A stretch of DNA of 62,496 nt, counting the filler, from Methanobacteriota archaeon (GTDB taxonomy: Archaea > JACRDV01): assembly GCA_024860865.1 (NCBI GenBank). It is 5 parts of 5 records of this genome, joined end to end, with 100 filler letters (N's around TTAATTAATTAA, not from the genome) between each part and the next. Parts side by side here need not be neighbours in the genome. Positions count along the whole stretch, not along the records: positions 47,719 to 60,216 come from JACRDV010000098.1; 4 more parts are not named here. One strand, 5' to 3'. Each line of letters opens with the position of its first letter. The first letter of the stretch is position 1. The notes under the pieces were generated by a model, which made no database searches, had not been told where the DNA came from, and was given only the letters and a program-made list of their open reading frames with translations. A program made the position numbers and the translations under genes. This document shows, in pieces, positions 49,286 through 60,049 of the stretch.

Positions 49286-49792
49286 CTACTCAATGGAAAT
49301 TTTCATGGGCTTATTGGTTAACTGAAGCAACAAGTTCTCAATTATTGGAACTGGTATGGGCAATCTGTCAGCGTCATTTTTCGATACCCTTATCCTATAC
49401 TCTTCTTTACCATCTGGCAAAAATCTAACGTTGAGTCCTAATAATCTCACCGGAAGAATTAACTCTTGGATCATTAATTTTTCATTTTCACTTCGCTCAA
49501 CTATCCTTATGCGCTTGCCTAGCTCTGTTGAAAGGATTTTTGCAATTTTTCCGCTCTTCCCAATAAGCAAACCGGCTTTTCCTCGCTCAGTTATAATTAT
49601 GAGCAAATCATCAGCTGCGATTGCCCGCTCAAAAGATGCCTCTCTAAACATCTTTGACTTCTGCTCGAGCGTATATAGGGTCCTGGCTACATTTACCTCG
49701 AGATCGCTGATTTCACCCTTCCTTAGCTTGCTCTCGCAAGCAGGGCACAGGATGCCGCTTCTCAAGCATACTTCACAGATAGGCGTGCGCAT
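49286..49792 (-). CDS. NusA-like KH-domain protein with N-terminal Cys cluster
   Basis: PICEVCLRSGILCPAC; LIGKSGK (GxxG). Confidence 0.8.
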   Translation of the reverse strand: MRTPICEVCLRSGILCPACESKLRKGEISDLEVNVARTLYTLEQKSKMFREASFERAIAADDLLIIITERGKAGLLIGKSGKIAKILSTELGKRIRIVERSENEKLMIQELILPVRLLGLNVRFLPDGKEEYRIRVSKNDADRLPIPVPIIENLLLQLTNKPMKISIE

Positions 49793-49993
49793 TTAACCAC
49801 CAATAAAAAAAGCTTTGAGATGTTTCTTTTTACTTGGTTCAATTATAATAAAAATATTGTTCATAAATACCCAGTATAAAAGACTCAAAATGTTTTAAAC
49901 CAAGCTCCGGCCTTAGTTTGACTCATCCTATGTTTTAATGCCACGGTTAGACTATCATAAGATTTATATGGTTTTGCCATCTTCATTATTTAC

Positions 49994-52360
49994 ATGAAAA
50001 ATTCTATCATGAAAAATTATGATAAATCTACTACTTCAGACTTGCTTATCAAAGGCGAAGGTTTAGAGGTATACATAGGAGAAATTGCGGAAGAGACCTG
50101 GAAAGAGGAAAAAATTGGACCGACTCCAGAGCCAAATGTGACTGCTCTGCGAGAATGGGATTTCAAACTTCTTAAGCGCTATCCTCCTTTTTATTCGCCA
50201 GTTTGTGACCTGTGTTGTTTGTGCACTACTGGGAAATGCGATTTGTCCAAAGGAAGAAAGGGAGCCTGTGGAATTGACATAAAAACCCAGCAAGCGCGTG
50301 TGAGTTTATTGACTAGCTGCATGGGAACCTCTGCTCATGCTGGTCACGCACGCCACCTTTTGGAGCATTTAATCGAGAAATACGGCCCTACCCACCCGAT
50401 TGACCTCGGTTTAAACATTGAAGTGGAGGCCCCACTTATCCGGCTCGTATTAGGGATTCGCCCTAAGAAGCTGATTGACCTCCGAAAACCGGTCGATTAT
50501 GTTGAAAAACAGCTCATTCATTTGATGTCTGCCACAAATATTGGGCAGGAAAAAAGTCACTTAGACTTTGAGTCCAAGGCATTGCATGCGGGCATGCTCG
50601 ATTTAATTGCCCTTGAAGTTGCTGACATTGCACAAATTGTTTCGCTCAAAATGCCAAAGGCTGACCCTGAAGCTCCATTAGTTGACTTTGGGCTTGGAAC
50701 AGTAGATACTTCAAAGCCAGTTGTATTATGCATCGGGCACAATGTGTTGCCAGCCGCATCTGTCGCAGAGTATCTTGAGAAAACTGGTTTAAATGATAGA
50801 GTTGAAATATGTGGAGTCTGTTGCACCGCTCAAGATATCGCAAGGATAAATCCAAAGGCAAAGGTCATTGGTTCTTTAGCTAGACAGCTCTATGCAGTTA
50901 AATCAGGAATTGCTGATGTAATTATTGTTGACGAACAATGTGTTAGAACAGATACTATGGAAGAAGCGCAGAAAATTAAGAGCGTTGTGATTGCAACTAA
51001 TGACAAAATTTGTATGGGATTACCCAACCGAACAGATGATGACCCGGATAAAACAGTTGAAGAATTAGTTAATGGAGTTATACCTGGGGCTCTAATTCTC
51101 GATCCTGAAGTTGTAGGTGAAGTAGCAGTCAAAGCAGCTCTTCGGCTCTCTGATCAAAGGGCTCAATTTAAAAAATTGATAAAAAAAGAAGAGTTAATCG
51201 AGCTCGCTAAAAAATGCACTGAGTGTCAGATGTGCAACCGTGCTTGCCCAAACAACTTGCCGGTCTATGAAGGAATGAGACTAGCAAAAGAAGGTTATTT
51301 AGAAAAACTTGCGGAGATTTATGAACTATGTATTGGATGTGGAAGATGCGAGGTTGAATGTAAAACCAAGCTTCCGATAATCAGCATGCTTTCAAAGGCT
51401 GGAGAGAAAAGTTTCAAAGATGAAAAGTATAAGCTAAGGTGTGGAAGGGGACCAATTCAAGACGTTGAAATTAGAAATGTTGGGCGCCCAATTGTTTTCG
51501 GAGAAATCCCTGGGGTTATTGCATTCGCAGGCTGCCCTAACTATCCAAAAAGTGGAAAAGAACTCGTTGAGATAGCAGAGGAATTTTTAAAGCGACGCTA
51601 TATAATTGTGGCAACTGGGTGCTCAGCCATGAGCCTTGCAATGCATAAAGATGAGGAAGGAAAGACCATTTATGAAAAATATCCCGGAAATTTCGATGCA
51701 GGCGGCATTGTTAACCTCGGTTCTTGTGTTACAAATTCACATGCAGCAGGAGCTGCTGTTAAAATAGCGAGCATATTTGCTAGAAGACCTCTCCGTGCAA
51801 ATTATGAAGTTATTTCAGATTATATACTCAACAGAATTGGAGCGGTTGGCATTGTCTGGGGAATCATGGCGCAAAAAGCATTTGCAATTACTACTGGTCT
51901 AAACCGGCTTGGGATCCCAATTATATTTGGACCATATGGGTCAAGATTCAGGAGGCTATTCCTTGGAAGAAAAGATCTCCCAGAGAATTGGGAGATATAT
52001 GACTATAGAACTAAAGAAAAAATGCTGGGTGAACCTGCACCAGAACATCTTTCTTGCGTAGTTGAAACAAAAGAGGAAGCAATTGTTATGGCCGCCAGGC
52101 TCTGTATTAGACCAAATGATACAGCTATTGGCAGAAAAATTAAACTCTCCCATTATATCGATCTCAGCAAAAAGTATCTTGGAGAAACGCCGTCTGATTT
52201 AGATTTATATGTTCGATCTGAAAATGATATACCAATTACAATTAAAGAGGAAGTCCTTCAATTCCTGAGTGCAAAAGGATGGAAACCGCGAAAAATTCCA
52301 CTAGATCCAACTATATTGGACCCTGCTAAATTGCATCCATCTCTATTAAGGCCGGAGTGA
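49994..52360 (+). CDS. cdhA: CO dehydrogenase/acetyl-CoA synthase alpha subunit
   Basis: CDLCCLCTTGKC, AHAGHARH, IGHNV, CGVCCT, two 4Fe-4S motifs, GCPN, GSCV. Confidence 0.95.
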   Translation: MKNSIMKNYDKSTTSDLLIKGEGLEVYIGEIAEETWKEEKIGPTPEPNVTALREWDFKLLKRYPPFYSPVCDLCCLCTTGKCDLSKGRKGACGIDIKTQQARVSLLTSCMGTSAHAGHARHLLEHLIEKYGPTHPIDLGLNIEVEAPLIRLVLGIRPKKLIDLRKPVDYVEKQLIHLMSATNIGQEKSHLDFESKALHAGMLDLIALEVADIAQIVSLKMPKADPEAPLVDFGLGTVDTSKPVVLCIGHNVLPAASVAEYLEKTGLNDRVEICGVCCTAQDIARINPKAKVIGSLARQLYAVKSGIADVIIVDEQCVRTDTMEEAQKIKSVVIATNDKICMGLPNRTDDDPDKTVEELVNGVIPGALILDPEVVGEVAVKAALRLSDQRAQFKKLIKKEELIELAKKCTECQMCNRACPNNLPVYEGMRLAKEGYLEKLAEIYELCIGCGRCEVECKTKLPIISMLSKAGEKSFKDEKYKLRCGRGPIQDVEIRNVGRPIVFGEIPGVIAFAGCPNYPKSGKELVEIAEEFLKRRYIIVATGCSAMSLAMHKDEEGKTIYEKYPGNFDAGGIVNLGSCVTNSHAAGAAVKIASIFARRPLRANYEVISDYILNRIGAVGIVWGIMAQKAFAITTGLNRLGIPIIFGPYGSRFRRLFLGRKDLPENWEIYDYRTKEKMLGEPAPEHLSCVVETKEEAIVMAARLCIRPNDTAIGRKIKLSHYIDLSKKYLGETPSDLDLYVRSENDIPITIKEEVLQFLSAKGWKPRKIPLDPTILDPAKLHPSLLRPE

Positions 52361-52364
52361 TTCA

Positions 52365-52895
52365 ATGGAAGACCGGGTTGTCCCTTGGCAAATTGGTAAC
52401 ATTGCTTATTCAACTCATGCTAAAGTATTATATCCGCCGGAAATGGCTCGTGTAATTAATCGAGCAAAGAGACCACTAATTGTCGTTGGCTCAGGCCTAA
52501 CGGAAAAACTTGAACTAAATTTATTTGATTATGTTATTGAGCTCTCAAAAACACGAAATTTACCGGTTGTTGCCTCTGGAAACACCTATAAAGAATTTAT
52601 TGCGCGCAATTTTAAACCAGTTGCGATTTTGGGCATCCTTGAGTTAATAAACCTAATTAAAGACCAAAATTGGCGCGGATTCGATGGGAAAGGGCAATAT
52701 GATGTATTAATCTTGCTAGGAATTTTCCCTCTCCTTGCAAATCAGGCTTTATTTGCTGCTAAACACTTTGCTTCAATTATAACAATTAGCATTGATCAGC
52801 ATTATGAGCCCAATGCGACATTTTCCTTCTCAAATTCAACGGTTGAAGAATGGAAAGAAAATTTAAATGAGTTATGCGCCAATCTGAAAAAATAG
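52365..52895 (+). CDS. cdhB: CODH/ACS epsilon subunit
   Basis: AKRPLIVVG, WRGFDGKGQYD, PNATFSF. Confidence 0.9.
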   Translation: MEDRVVPWQIGNIAYSTHAKVLYPPEMARVINRAKRPLIVVGSGLTEKLELNLFDYVIELSKTRNLPVVASGNTYKEFIARNFKPVAILGILELINLIKDQNWRGFDGKGQYDVLILLGIFPLLANQALFAAKHFASIITISIDQHYEPNATFSFSNSTVEEWKENLNELCANLKK

Positions 52896-52906
52896 AGGGT
52901 GAAGTG

Positions 52907-54319
52907 ATGTTCAAGGACCTTCCAGTTGATGTTGGAGTTGTTTATGAAGGAGAAAGAATTAGAAGCAAAGAGATGTTTGTTGAATTTGCTGGACCAAAAT
53001 CATTTGGAGCTGAACTGGCTCAAACAAGAAGGATGGATGAAATACAAGATGGAAAGATAACAATAATTGGTCCAGAAATTACCGAAATGAAAGAAGGCGG
53101 CCGGTATCCATTTGCAATTTTAGTTGAAGTGGCTGGGGAAAAGGTTGAGAAAGATTTAGAGGGGATTTTAGAGCGCAGAATTCATGAATTTATTAACTAT
53201 GTTCAAGGGGCCATGCACTTAAACCAACGCGATGCAATTTGGTTGAGAGTCAATAAAGAGTCACGAAAAAAAGGCCTCACATTAAATCATATAGGCAAAG
53301 CTATAACTAGATTGTTTAAGGCTGAATATCCTTTTATTGAAAAAGTCCAAGTTACATTCATCACTGATGAGTCTAAAGTTAAAGAATTTGTTAAAAAGGC
53401 AAGAGAGATCTATGGTGAGCGCGATGCAAGGGTTAGGGGAATAAAAGAAGAAGAAGTTGATAAGTTCTATGGCTGTGTGCTTTGCCAATCATTCTCCCCC
53501 TCTCACGTTTGTGTTATAACCCCTGAGAGAATTTCGCTTTGTGGAGCAATCTCTTGGCTGGATGGGCGTGCTGCTGCTAGGATTAACCCAGAGGGAGCGA
53601 ATTTTGAGGTTGAAAAGGGTAATCTCTTAGACCCAATAAGAGGGGAATATGAAGGGGTGAACAAAGTTGTTGAAAAGAGGTCGGGGGGGTCTGTAAAAAG
53701 ATTTTTCTTGCACAGTATCTTTTCATTCCCCCACACAAGTTGCGGCTGCTTTGAAGCAATCGCATTCTATATTCCAGAAGTGGATGGGATTGGAGTAGTT
53801 ACCAGGGACTTCAACGGTTTAACTCCATTTGGGATTCCCTTTTCAACTATGGCTGGCCAGGCAGGCGGTGGAGTTCAGATTAGTGGTTTCACTGGGATTG
53901 GAACAGAATATTTCCGCTCTAAAAAATTCTTCCAAGCAGATGGAGGATATAATCGCCTGGTTTGGTTACCAAAAATTTTTAAAGAGAGAATAAAAGATGC
54001 GATCCCCCCAACGCTTTATGATAAAATTGCAACTGAGGAGACTGCTCCAGATTTGAAAGCGCTAAAAGAATTTTTACAAAAAGTCAATCATCCTATCACT
54101 GAACGTTGGAAAGAAAAGGTACCTGCAGCTGTACCTCAAATGGCAGAAGTTGTTGAAGCGAAAAATGAAGCTAAGGCTAGCGAGAGACCTGAAGTTGTAG
54201 CTCCGGTTGCTTTGCCAACTGCAATGGTTCCAGCTGCTGGCGGGATTAAAATCATCCTAAAGAATGCAAAGATTTACGCTGAAAAAGTGATTATTGTCCG
54301 CCGGGAGGAGAAAAAATAG
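52907..54319 (+). CDS. cdhC: Acetyl-CoA synthase beta subunit
   Basis: YEGERIR, GCVLCQSFSPSHVC, SLCGA, HTSCGCFE; likely ATG 52907. Confidence 0.95.
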   Translation: MFKDLPVDVGVVYEGERIRSKEMFVEFAGPKSFGAELAQTRRMDEIQDGKITIIGPEITEMKEGGRYPFAILVEVAGEKVEKDLEGILERRIHEFINYVQGAMHLNQRDAIWLRVNKESRKKGLTLNHIGKAITRLFKAEYPFIEKVQVTFITDESKVKEFVKKAREIYGERDARVRGIKEEEVDKFYGCVLCQSFSPSHVCVITPERISLCGAISWLDGRAAARINPEGANFEVEKGNLLDPIRGEYEGVNKVVEKRSGGSVKRFFLHSIFSFPHTSCGCFEAIAFYIPEVDGIGVVTRDFNGLTPFGIPFSTMAGQAGGGVQISGFTGIGTEYFRSKKFFQADGGYNRLVWLPKIFKERIKDAIPPTLYDKIATEETAPDLKALKEFLQKVNHPITERWKEKVPAAVPQMAEVVEAKNEAKASERPEVVAPVALPTAMVPAAGGIKIILKNAKIYAEKVIIVRREEKK

Positions 54320-54322
54320 CAG

Positions 54323-55084
54323 ATGCAAAAAAGAACAGTTATAGCAGTTAGCGGCAAAGGTGGAACAGGGAAGACAATTGTCGCTGCTTTGTTAGTTAAA
54401 ATTTTGACTGGAAATTCTAAGAGCATTTTAGCAATTGATGCTGATCCAGATTCAAACCTGCCTGAGGCGCTTGGAGTTGAAGTCAAAGGAACTGTTGGCG
54501 GAATTCGAGAGAAATTGCTTTCTGGAAGGGATCAAATCCCACCTGGTGTAGTGAAGCGTGACTTGCTTGAATATCAGATTATGGAAATACTAACAGAGAC
54601 ACCAAATTTCGATCTTTTAGTTATGGGGCGCCCAGAAGGACCGGGCTGCTATTGTGCAGTCAACCATTTGTTGCGCGAGATAATCGATACTTTTGCAAAA
54701 AATTATGATGTGGTAGTTATTGATACAGAAGCTGGGCTAGAGCATTTGAGCAGAAGGACTACTCGAGATGTAGATACCTTATTGGTTGTGACTGATCCGA
54801 CTAAGCGCGGACTAATGACTGCAAAGCGGATTAAAGACTTAGTCAAAGAGCTGAACATTAGTATAAATAAAATATATGTAATCGCAAACCGCGTTACTGA
54901 ACCAACAATTGGACCGATAAAAAAATCTGCAGCTGAACTTGGATTAACATTAATAGGTATAATCCCGGAAGATCAAAACATAACTCAATTTGATTTAAAT
55001 GGCAGACCAATAATTGAGCTATCTCCAAACTCGCCAGCATTAAAATCGATTGCTCAAATTGCACAAGCATTGGAGTTATTTTAA
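54323..55084 (+). CDS. cooC: CooC/AcsF nickel-insertion ATPase
   Basis: GKGGTGKT, DADP, GPGCYC, DTEAGLEH. Confidence 0.9.
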   Translation: MQKRTVIAVSGKGGTGKTIVAALLVKILTGNSKSILAIDADPDSNLPEALGVEVKGTVGGIREKLLSGRDQIPPGVVKRDLLEYQIMEILTETPNFDLLVMGRPEGPGCYCAVNHLLREIIDTFAKNYDVVVIDTEAGLEHLSRRTTRDVDTLLVVTDPTKRGLMTAKRIKDLVKELNISINKIYVIANRVTEPTIGPIKKSAAELGLTLIGIIPEDQNITQFDLNGRPIIELSPNSPALKSIAQIAQALELF

Positions 55085-56250
55085 TGAAGAAAGATTTAGC
55101 TGAATTGCTTAAGCTGTTAAAAGATGTAGATTCACTCGAGCTTGAAAAGGTTAGAATAGAAGCTGAAGAACTTGAGCTTGATTTATCATCACCTGCAGTC
55201 CAAACTATATTAACTGAGCTCCCCAAGGTTGTTCCAAAACTTGTTGAACAAAAATTCCAGTTTCCAGTTGAATCTTATCTTGGCCAAGTTGCAGAAGTCC
55301 AACTTGGAGCTGCGAGAGCTGAAGGTGGAACAAGAGGGAAAATTGTAAAGGTTGGTGGAGATAAAGCCCCTCCATTTTATAGGTTTGATTCAACTATAGT
55401 TAACAGACCAGTAATTGCTTTTGATGTTTTTGATACACCCCAACCACAATTTCCAAAAGTTCTCAAGGAAGAATGGAAAGATGTTTGGGAAGACCCAGCT
55501 GCTTGGGCAAAAAAAGCAGTTGAGAGGTATGAAGCAGATTTAATAACTATTCACTTAATTAGTGCTGATCCATTAATTAAAGACACCGCGCCAAAAGAAG
55601 CTGCTAAAACTGTTGAAAAGGTCCTGCAAGCTGTTGATGTCCCAATAGTAATAGGAGGCTGTGGTGCTCCAGAAAAAGATCCTTTTGTGCTCGAGGCTGC
55701 GGCTGAAGTTGCTCAAGGAGAACGATGCCTGTTGGCCTCAGCAACCTTGGATAGTGATTATAAACGGGTGGCTCAAGCTGCCCTAAAATATAATCATGTT
55801 GTTCTGTCCTTCACTTCAATGGACATCAACAACCAAAAAGAGTTGAACAGATATCTTCTGAAAGAGGGATTACCTCCAACCTCAATAATTATGGATCCAA
55901 CTACTGGTGCACTTGGTTATGGACTAGATTATACCCTAAGCCTAATGGAACGGATTAAACTCAGTGCACTTAGAGGAGAGAAAGAGTTACAAATGCCAAT
56001 ATCTAGTGGAACAACAAATGCTTACGGAGCGAGAGAGAGTTGGAAAAAGAGGGATGAGTGGGGGCCCAGAGAATACAGGGGTCCACTCTGGGAAATTGTA
56101 ACCGGTCTAACTGCTACACTGGCAGGCGCTAATATGCTAATGATGCTCCACCCAACTGCAGTTCGAATTTTAAAAGAGATTATTGATAGCTTAACCACAA
56201 CTGAAGGGTATGGACCACTTATTGAAAATTGGATTGCTCAAATCAGGTGA
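55084..56250 (+). CDS. cdhD: CODH/ACS delta subunit (corrinoid FeS protein small subunit)
   Basis: GGTRG, DINNQKELN, MDPTTGALGYGLDY, ARESW, MMLHP. Confidence 0.92.
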   Translation: MKKDLAELLKLLKDVDSLELEKVRIEAEELELDLSSPAVQTILTELPKVVPKLVEQKFQFPVESYLGQVAEVQLGAARAEGGTRGKIVKVGGDKAPPFYRFDSTIVNRPVIAFDVFDTPQPQFPKVLKEEWKDVWEDPAAWAKKAVERYEADLITIHLISADPLIKDTAPKEAAKTVEKVLQAVDVPIVIGGCGAPEKDPFVLEAAAEVAQGERCLLASATLDSDYKRVAQAALKYNHVVLSFTSMDINNQKELNRYLLKEGLPPTSIIMDPTTGALGYGLDYTLSLMERIKLSALRGEKELQMPISSGTTNAYGARESWKKRDEWGPREYRGPLWEIVTGLTATLAGANMLMMLHPTAVRILKEIIDSLTTTEGYGPLIENWIAQIR

Positions 56251-56717
56251 ATTTTTTGCCATCAGCAATTGAAATTTACAAATATCTCCCAAAAACCGAT
56301 TGTAAGTTATGCAAAGAGATCACTTGCATGGCATTCGCCATTAAGGTAGCTAAGGGTGAACTAGCAATTGATGATTGCCTCGTATTGAAAAGCCCTGATT
56401 ATAGCGGGCAATATCAAAAACTCCAAAAAATGTTGCCAACAAAGAGAGAAGTTACTGGATTGATCATTTATGGAGAGAAATGCAATGGCTGCGGAAATTG
56501 TGTGATAGCTTGCCCAGTTAATGTTTCATCAAACTTAATGATTGCTGGCGGAAAAGGTCCAGAAACTGGAGATGTTGTGCTAAGGATTGAAAATGGGAAG
56601 GTTATTATTGCTGATTTAAAAAAGTGCAGGAGATTTGAGGAAGGAGGAGACGAGGCGGCTAAATCCTGCAGAGTTTGTGCTGAAGTTTGCCCAACTGATG
56701 CAATTGATTTCAAGTAG
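56247..56717 (+). CDS. FeS-domain + ferredoxin protein in the cdh operon
   Basis: YKYLPKTDCKLC..TCMAFA (CdhE-like N domain) plus CNGCGNCVIACP and CRVCAEVCP. Confidence 0.8.
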   Translation: MNFLPSAIEIYKYLPKTDCKLCKEITCMAFAIKVAKGELAIDDCLVLKSPDYSGQYQKLQKMLPTKREVTGLIIYGEKCNGCGNCVIACPVNVSSNLMIAGGKGPETGDVVLRIENGKVIIADLKKCRRFEEGGDEAAKSCRVCAEVCPTDAIDFK

Positions 56718-56727
56718 GTGGCTCGAT

Positions 56728-58125
56728 GTGAAGCGAATTTCTCCCATTGAAATCTACAACCTATTGCCAGGAACGAATTGTGGAGAATGTAAAGAAAGCT
56801 CTTGCATGGCATTTGCAACCAAATTGCTCAATCGAGAAGCAAATATTTCGCTTTGTGCTCCAATTGAAAAACCAGAATACAAACCAAAAAAAGAAAAATT
56901 AATTGAAATCCTGTCACCACCGATCAAAGAAGTGACTATTGGTACTGGAGAAGGTGCGGTTGCAATCGGCGGAAAAGTTGTTATGTACAGACATGACCTT
57001 ACTTTTCATAATCCTACTGCATTTGCAATAGATGTCCATGATGAAATGCCAGAAGAAGCTTTAATTGATCGAATAAAATTTGTTCAAAACTTTAAAGTAG
57101 AAAGGATTGGTAAAGTTCTAAAATTAAATTTAATAGCTGTTCGCTCAGTTTCTAATGATCCTAAAAAGTTTGCAAATACAATTGATATTGTTCTCAAAAA
57201 CTCAAACTTTCCGCTAATTCTATGTTCATTTGATCCGACCGTGCTTGAAGCTGGATTAAAACTTTCAAGTGAAAGGCGGCCTTTGATCTATGCAGCTACA
57301 AAAGAAAACTGGGAGCAAGTTGCAGGGTTAGCTAAAAAATATAAATGCCCAGTTGCAGTTTTTGTGCCAAACAACCTTGATTTGCTCACATCGATAGCTT
57401 CTTGGCTAAAAGAAAGGGGAGTTGAAGATTTAGTTTTAGATCCAGGTACTCTAATATTGGGAGCATCATTGGCAGATACTCTTGACAACTTTGTGATGCT
57501 GAGGCGAGCTGCGATTGAAAGAGGGGATAAAAGAATCGGTTATCCACTATTGGGGGTGCCAGCGGTAGTTGGGCTAATTATTCAGGATCCAGTTGAAACA
57601 CCGCTTAGAGAAGCGACTATTGCGGCGATCTTAATGAATAGATATGCTGATGCTCTAATATTGCATACAACTGAAATTTGGGCTTTATTAGGTTTAATGA
57701 CCATTAGGCAAGATATATACAGTGATCCAAGGATCCCAAGTAAAGTTCAGCCAGGAGTGTATACATATGGACAACCCGATGAAAGAAGCCCTGTGTTGGT
57801 GACCTCTAATTTTGCTTTAACTTACTATACTGTTGTTGGGGATATTGAAAGCGCAAAACTTAACTGCCATCTTTTAGTTCTTGATACAGAAGGCCTTAGC
57901 GTGGAAACATCTGTGGCTGGAAGAAAGTTTACAGCTGAGAAACTTGCAGATTTAATTAAAACTTCTGGAATAGAAAAAAAAGTTAAACATAAAAAATTGA
58001 TTATTCCTGGATTTGCTGCTCGATTAAAAGGAGATATTGAGGATGCAACTGGTTGGGAAATAATGGTTGGTCCAAGGGATTCTTCTGAAATTCCAAGTTA
58101 CTTAACAAAACACTGGAGCAGCTAG
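56728..58125 (+). CDS. cdhE: CODH/ACS gamma subunit (corrinoid FeS protein large subunit)
   Basis: LPGTNCGECKESSCMAFA, VMYRH, TSNFALTYY, VGPRDSS; probable GTG 56728. Confidence 0.93.
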   Translation: MKRISPIEIYNLLPGTNCGECKESSCMAFATKLLNREANISLCAPIEKPEYKPKKEKLIEILSPPIKEVTIGTGEGAVAIGGKVVMYRHDLTFHNPTAFAIDVHDEMPEEALIDRIKFVQNFKVERIGKVLKLNLIAVRSVSNDPKKFANTIDIVLKNSNFPLILCSFDPTVLEAGLKLSSERRPLIYAATKENWEQVAGLAKKYKCPVAVFVPNNLDLLTSIASWLKERGVEDLVLDPGTLILGASLADTLDNFVMLRRAAIERGDKRIGYPLLGVPAVVGLIIQDPVETPLREATIAAILMNRYADALILHTTEIWALLGLMTIRQDIYSDPRIPSKVQPGVYTYGQPDERSPVLVTSNFALTYYTVVGDIESAKLNCHLLVLDTEGLSVETSVAGRKFTAEKLADLIKTSGIEKKVKHKKLIIPGFAARLKGDIEDATGWEIMVGPRDSSEIPSYLTKHWSS

Positions 58126-58126
58126 A

Positions 58127-58903
58127 TTGAAAGTTGCAATTGCTGGTAAGGGTGGAACTGGAAAAACAATTGTTGCAAGTACTTTAGCGAGAATTCTTGC
58201 AAGAAAGGGATTTAGAGTTATTGCAGTTGATGTTGATCCAACCCTCAATTTAGCTTCGAGCCTTGGAATCGAACTTAAAGAAAAGAAGCCTATCTCACAA
58301 ATGAAAGAATTGATTGAAAACCGAACGGGAGCTAGGCCTGGAGAAGGGTTTGGTGGCTTTTTTAAACTCAATCCAAAAGTTGATGATGTTCTCGATAAGT
58401 TTGGAATAGCTGGACCTGATGGAGTCAAACTTTTGCTCGTTGGAACAGTCGAGCGCGGTGGAGAGGGTTGCTTTTGCCCAGCTAGTGCATTTCTGAGGGC
58501 ATTATTAAGGCATTTAGTTTGGAAAGAAAAAGACATGATAATACTGGATATGGAAGCTGGTATTGAGCATCTAGGCAGAAAAACTGCTGAAAATGTTGAT
58601 GCGTTTATAATAATGGTTGAGCCTTCTCAAAAGTCAATTGAGGTTGCTAAACAAATTAATCAATTAGCACAAGATATTGGAATTAAAAAAATTTTTGCAA
58701 TAGCTAATAAAGTCCTAAGTGAAGTTGATGTAAAAAATATCTCGAATTCGCTTTCTGCTGTTGGAATTAAACTAATTGGAACAATTCCATTTGACCAAAA
58801 TATTACAAAGGCAGATGCTATGGGGAAAGCATTAATTGATTTTGCGCCATCAGCCCCTTCTGTTCAAGCTATTGAAGAGATTTCAATTAAATTGGCTGGC
58901 TGA
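58127..58903 (+). CDS. cooC: Second CooC-type ATPase
   Basis: GKGGTGKT, GEGCFCP, DMEAGIEHLGR. Confidence 0.9.
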   Translation: MKVAIAGKGGTGKTIVASTLARILARKGFRVIAVDVDPTLNLASSLGIELKEKKPISQMKELIENRTGARPGEGFGGFFKLNPKVDDVLDKFGIAGPDGVKLLLVGTVERGGEGCFCPASAFLRALLRHLVWKEKDMIILDMEAGIEHLGRKTAENVDAFIIMVEPSQKSIEVAKQINQLAQDIGIKKIFAIANKVLSEVDVKNISNSLSAVGIKLIGTIPFDQNITKADAMGKALIDFAPSAPSVQAIEEISIKLAG

Positions 58904-59051
58904 CTTGCTTTTCGATCTTAATGTCCCATTAAATAGCACGAACAAACCAATAGTGCTACAATTATGGAACCTTCTACAAACTGGTCCGACGTACGTCTTA
59001 ATCAAATTTAAATCTCTAAATTGAATCATAATCATAAATTGGTGGTTAGGA

Positions 59052-59591
59052 GTGACAAAAGCAGAAGCAACAAAAATAACACAGTCAAAAGCAGATGAAG
59101 AAAAATTTGAAAAATATTACATGCATTTTCTTGCTGGAGAATTGATGCACGAAGTTTTGTTTGGTACTTTACCAAACAAACTTAAAGCGTATGAAGGAAT
59201 GGAAGAAGAGGAAATCTCCCGCATGTTAAGAGAAATCTCTGCTGAGGCTATTGTCAATGCTATTAATCTAGGTGGTGTTGTTTCATCCCATGTTGCACTA
59301 CTTGAAAGTTTTGAGGATAAAGTGACACTCTGTTATAAGATTTATGAATCAATGGGATTCAAATTTTGCCATAACATCTTTAAAGAAACCAAGGACTCTA
59401 TCACAATCCAAGTAACCGAATGCCCGCACATAGAATATACAAAAAAGAATCCTCTTGCATGCTTTTCTTGCATGGGTTTAAAGCTAGGAATTTTGAAGGT
59501 AGTTTTTGGAATTGATATTAAAAAACTAAATGTTCCAAAAAGGTTGGCTCTTGGAGACGATTGTTGCCTGATAGAAATCCCAAAGAAATAA
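59052..59591 (+). CDS. V4R/MetOD1-like ligand-binding protein
   Basis: TIQVTECP...CFSCMG...LALGDDCC pattern. Confidence 0.55.
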   Translation: MTKAEATKITQSKADEEKFEKYYMHFLAGELMHEVLFGTLPNKLKAYEGMEEEEISRMLREISAEAIVNAINLGGVVSSHVALLESFEDKVTLCYKIYESMGFKFCHNIFKETKDSITIQVTECPHIEYTKKNPLACFSCMGLKLGILKVVFGIDIKKLNVPKRLALGDDCCLIEIPKK

Positions 59592-59632
59592 GAAAAACCA
59601 AATAAAAAGTCTTAAGAATCTCTCTACTGTTT

Positions 59633-60004
59633 ATGAACTTTAGAACTTTTAAAGGTGAAGTAGCCTTGGTAAGTTATATAGAAACTGGAATTGGGTTAAT
59701 TACGATTTTTATCGGACTTATCTCTATAATCTTAATTGGGCGCTATGTGCCAGAATTAAGTAAAGGTGCACTCAAAGAATTTTGTAATAGGTTTGCAATT
59801 GCTATTGTATTCGTGTTATGTTTTTCTATTTGGCATACTCTGAGGGAGTACTTTGAGTGGAAAGAGAATATAGGGGAATTTATGGAATATCCTGAGTATA
59901 TTTTCATAGTTTTAGCTTATATTTCATTTTTCATCTCTGCTCGGAAAGTGGTTCAGATAGCCAAACTTTATGGATTTGAGAAAATATTCCAGAAAGAACA
60001 GTAA
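59633..60004 (+). CDS. Small multi-TM membrane protein
   Basis: Three to four hydrophobic helices. Confidence 0.6.
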   Translation: MNFRTFKGEVALVSYIETGIGLITIFIGLISIILIGRYVPELSKGALKEFCNRFAIAIVFVLCFSIWHTLREYFEWKENIGEFMEYPEYIFIVLAYISFFISARKVVQIAKLYGFEKIFQKEQ

Positions 60005-60049
60005 ATAGCGAATTTAAACTCAAATCCAAATAGTGGTGATAATAAGTCA

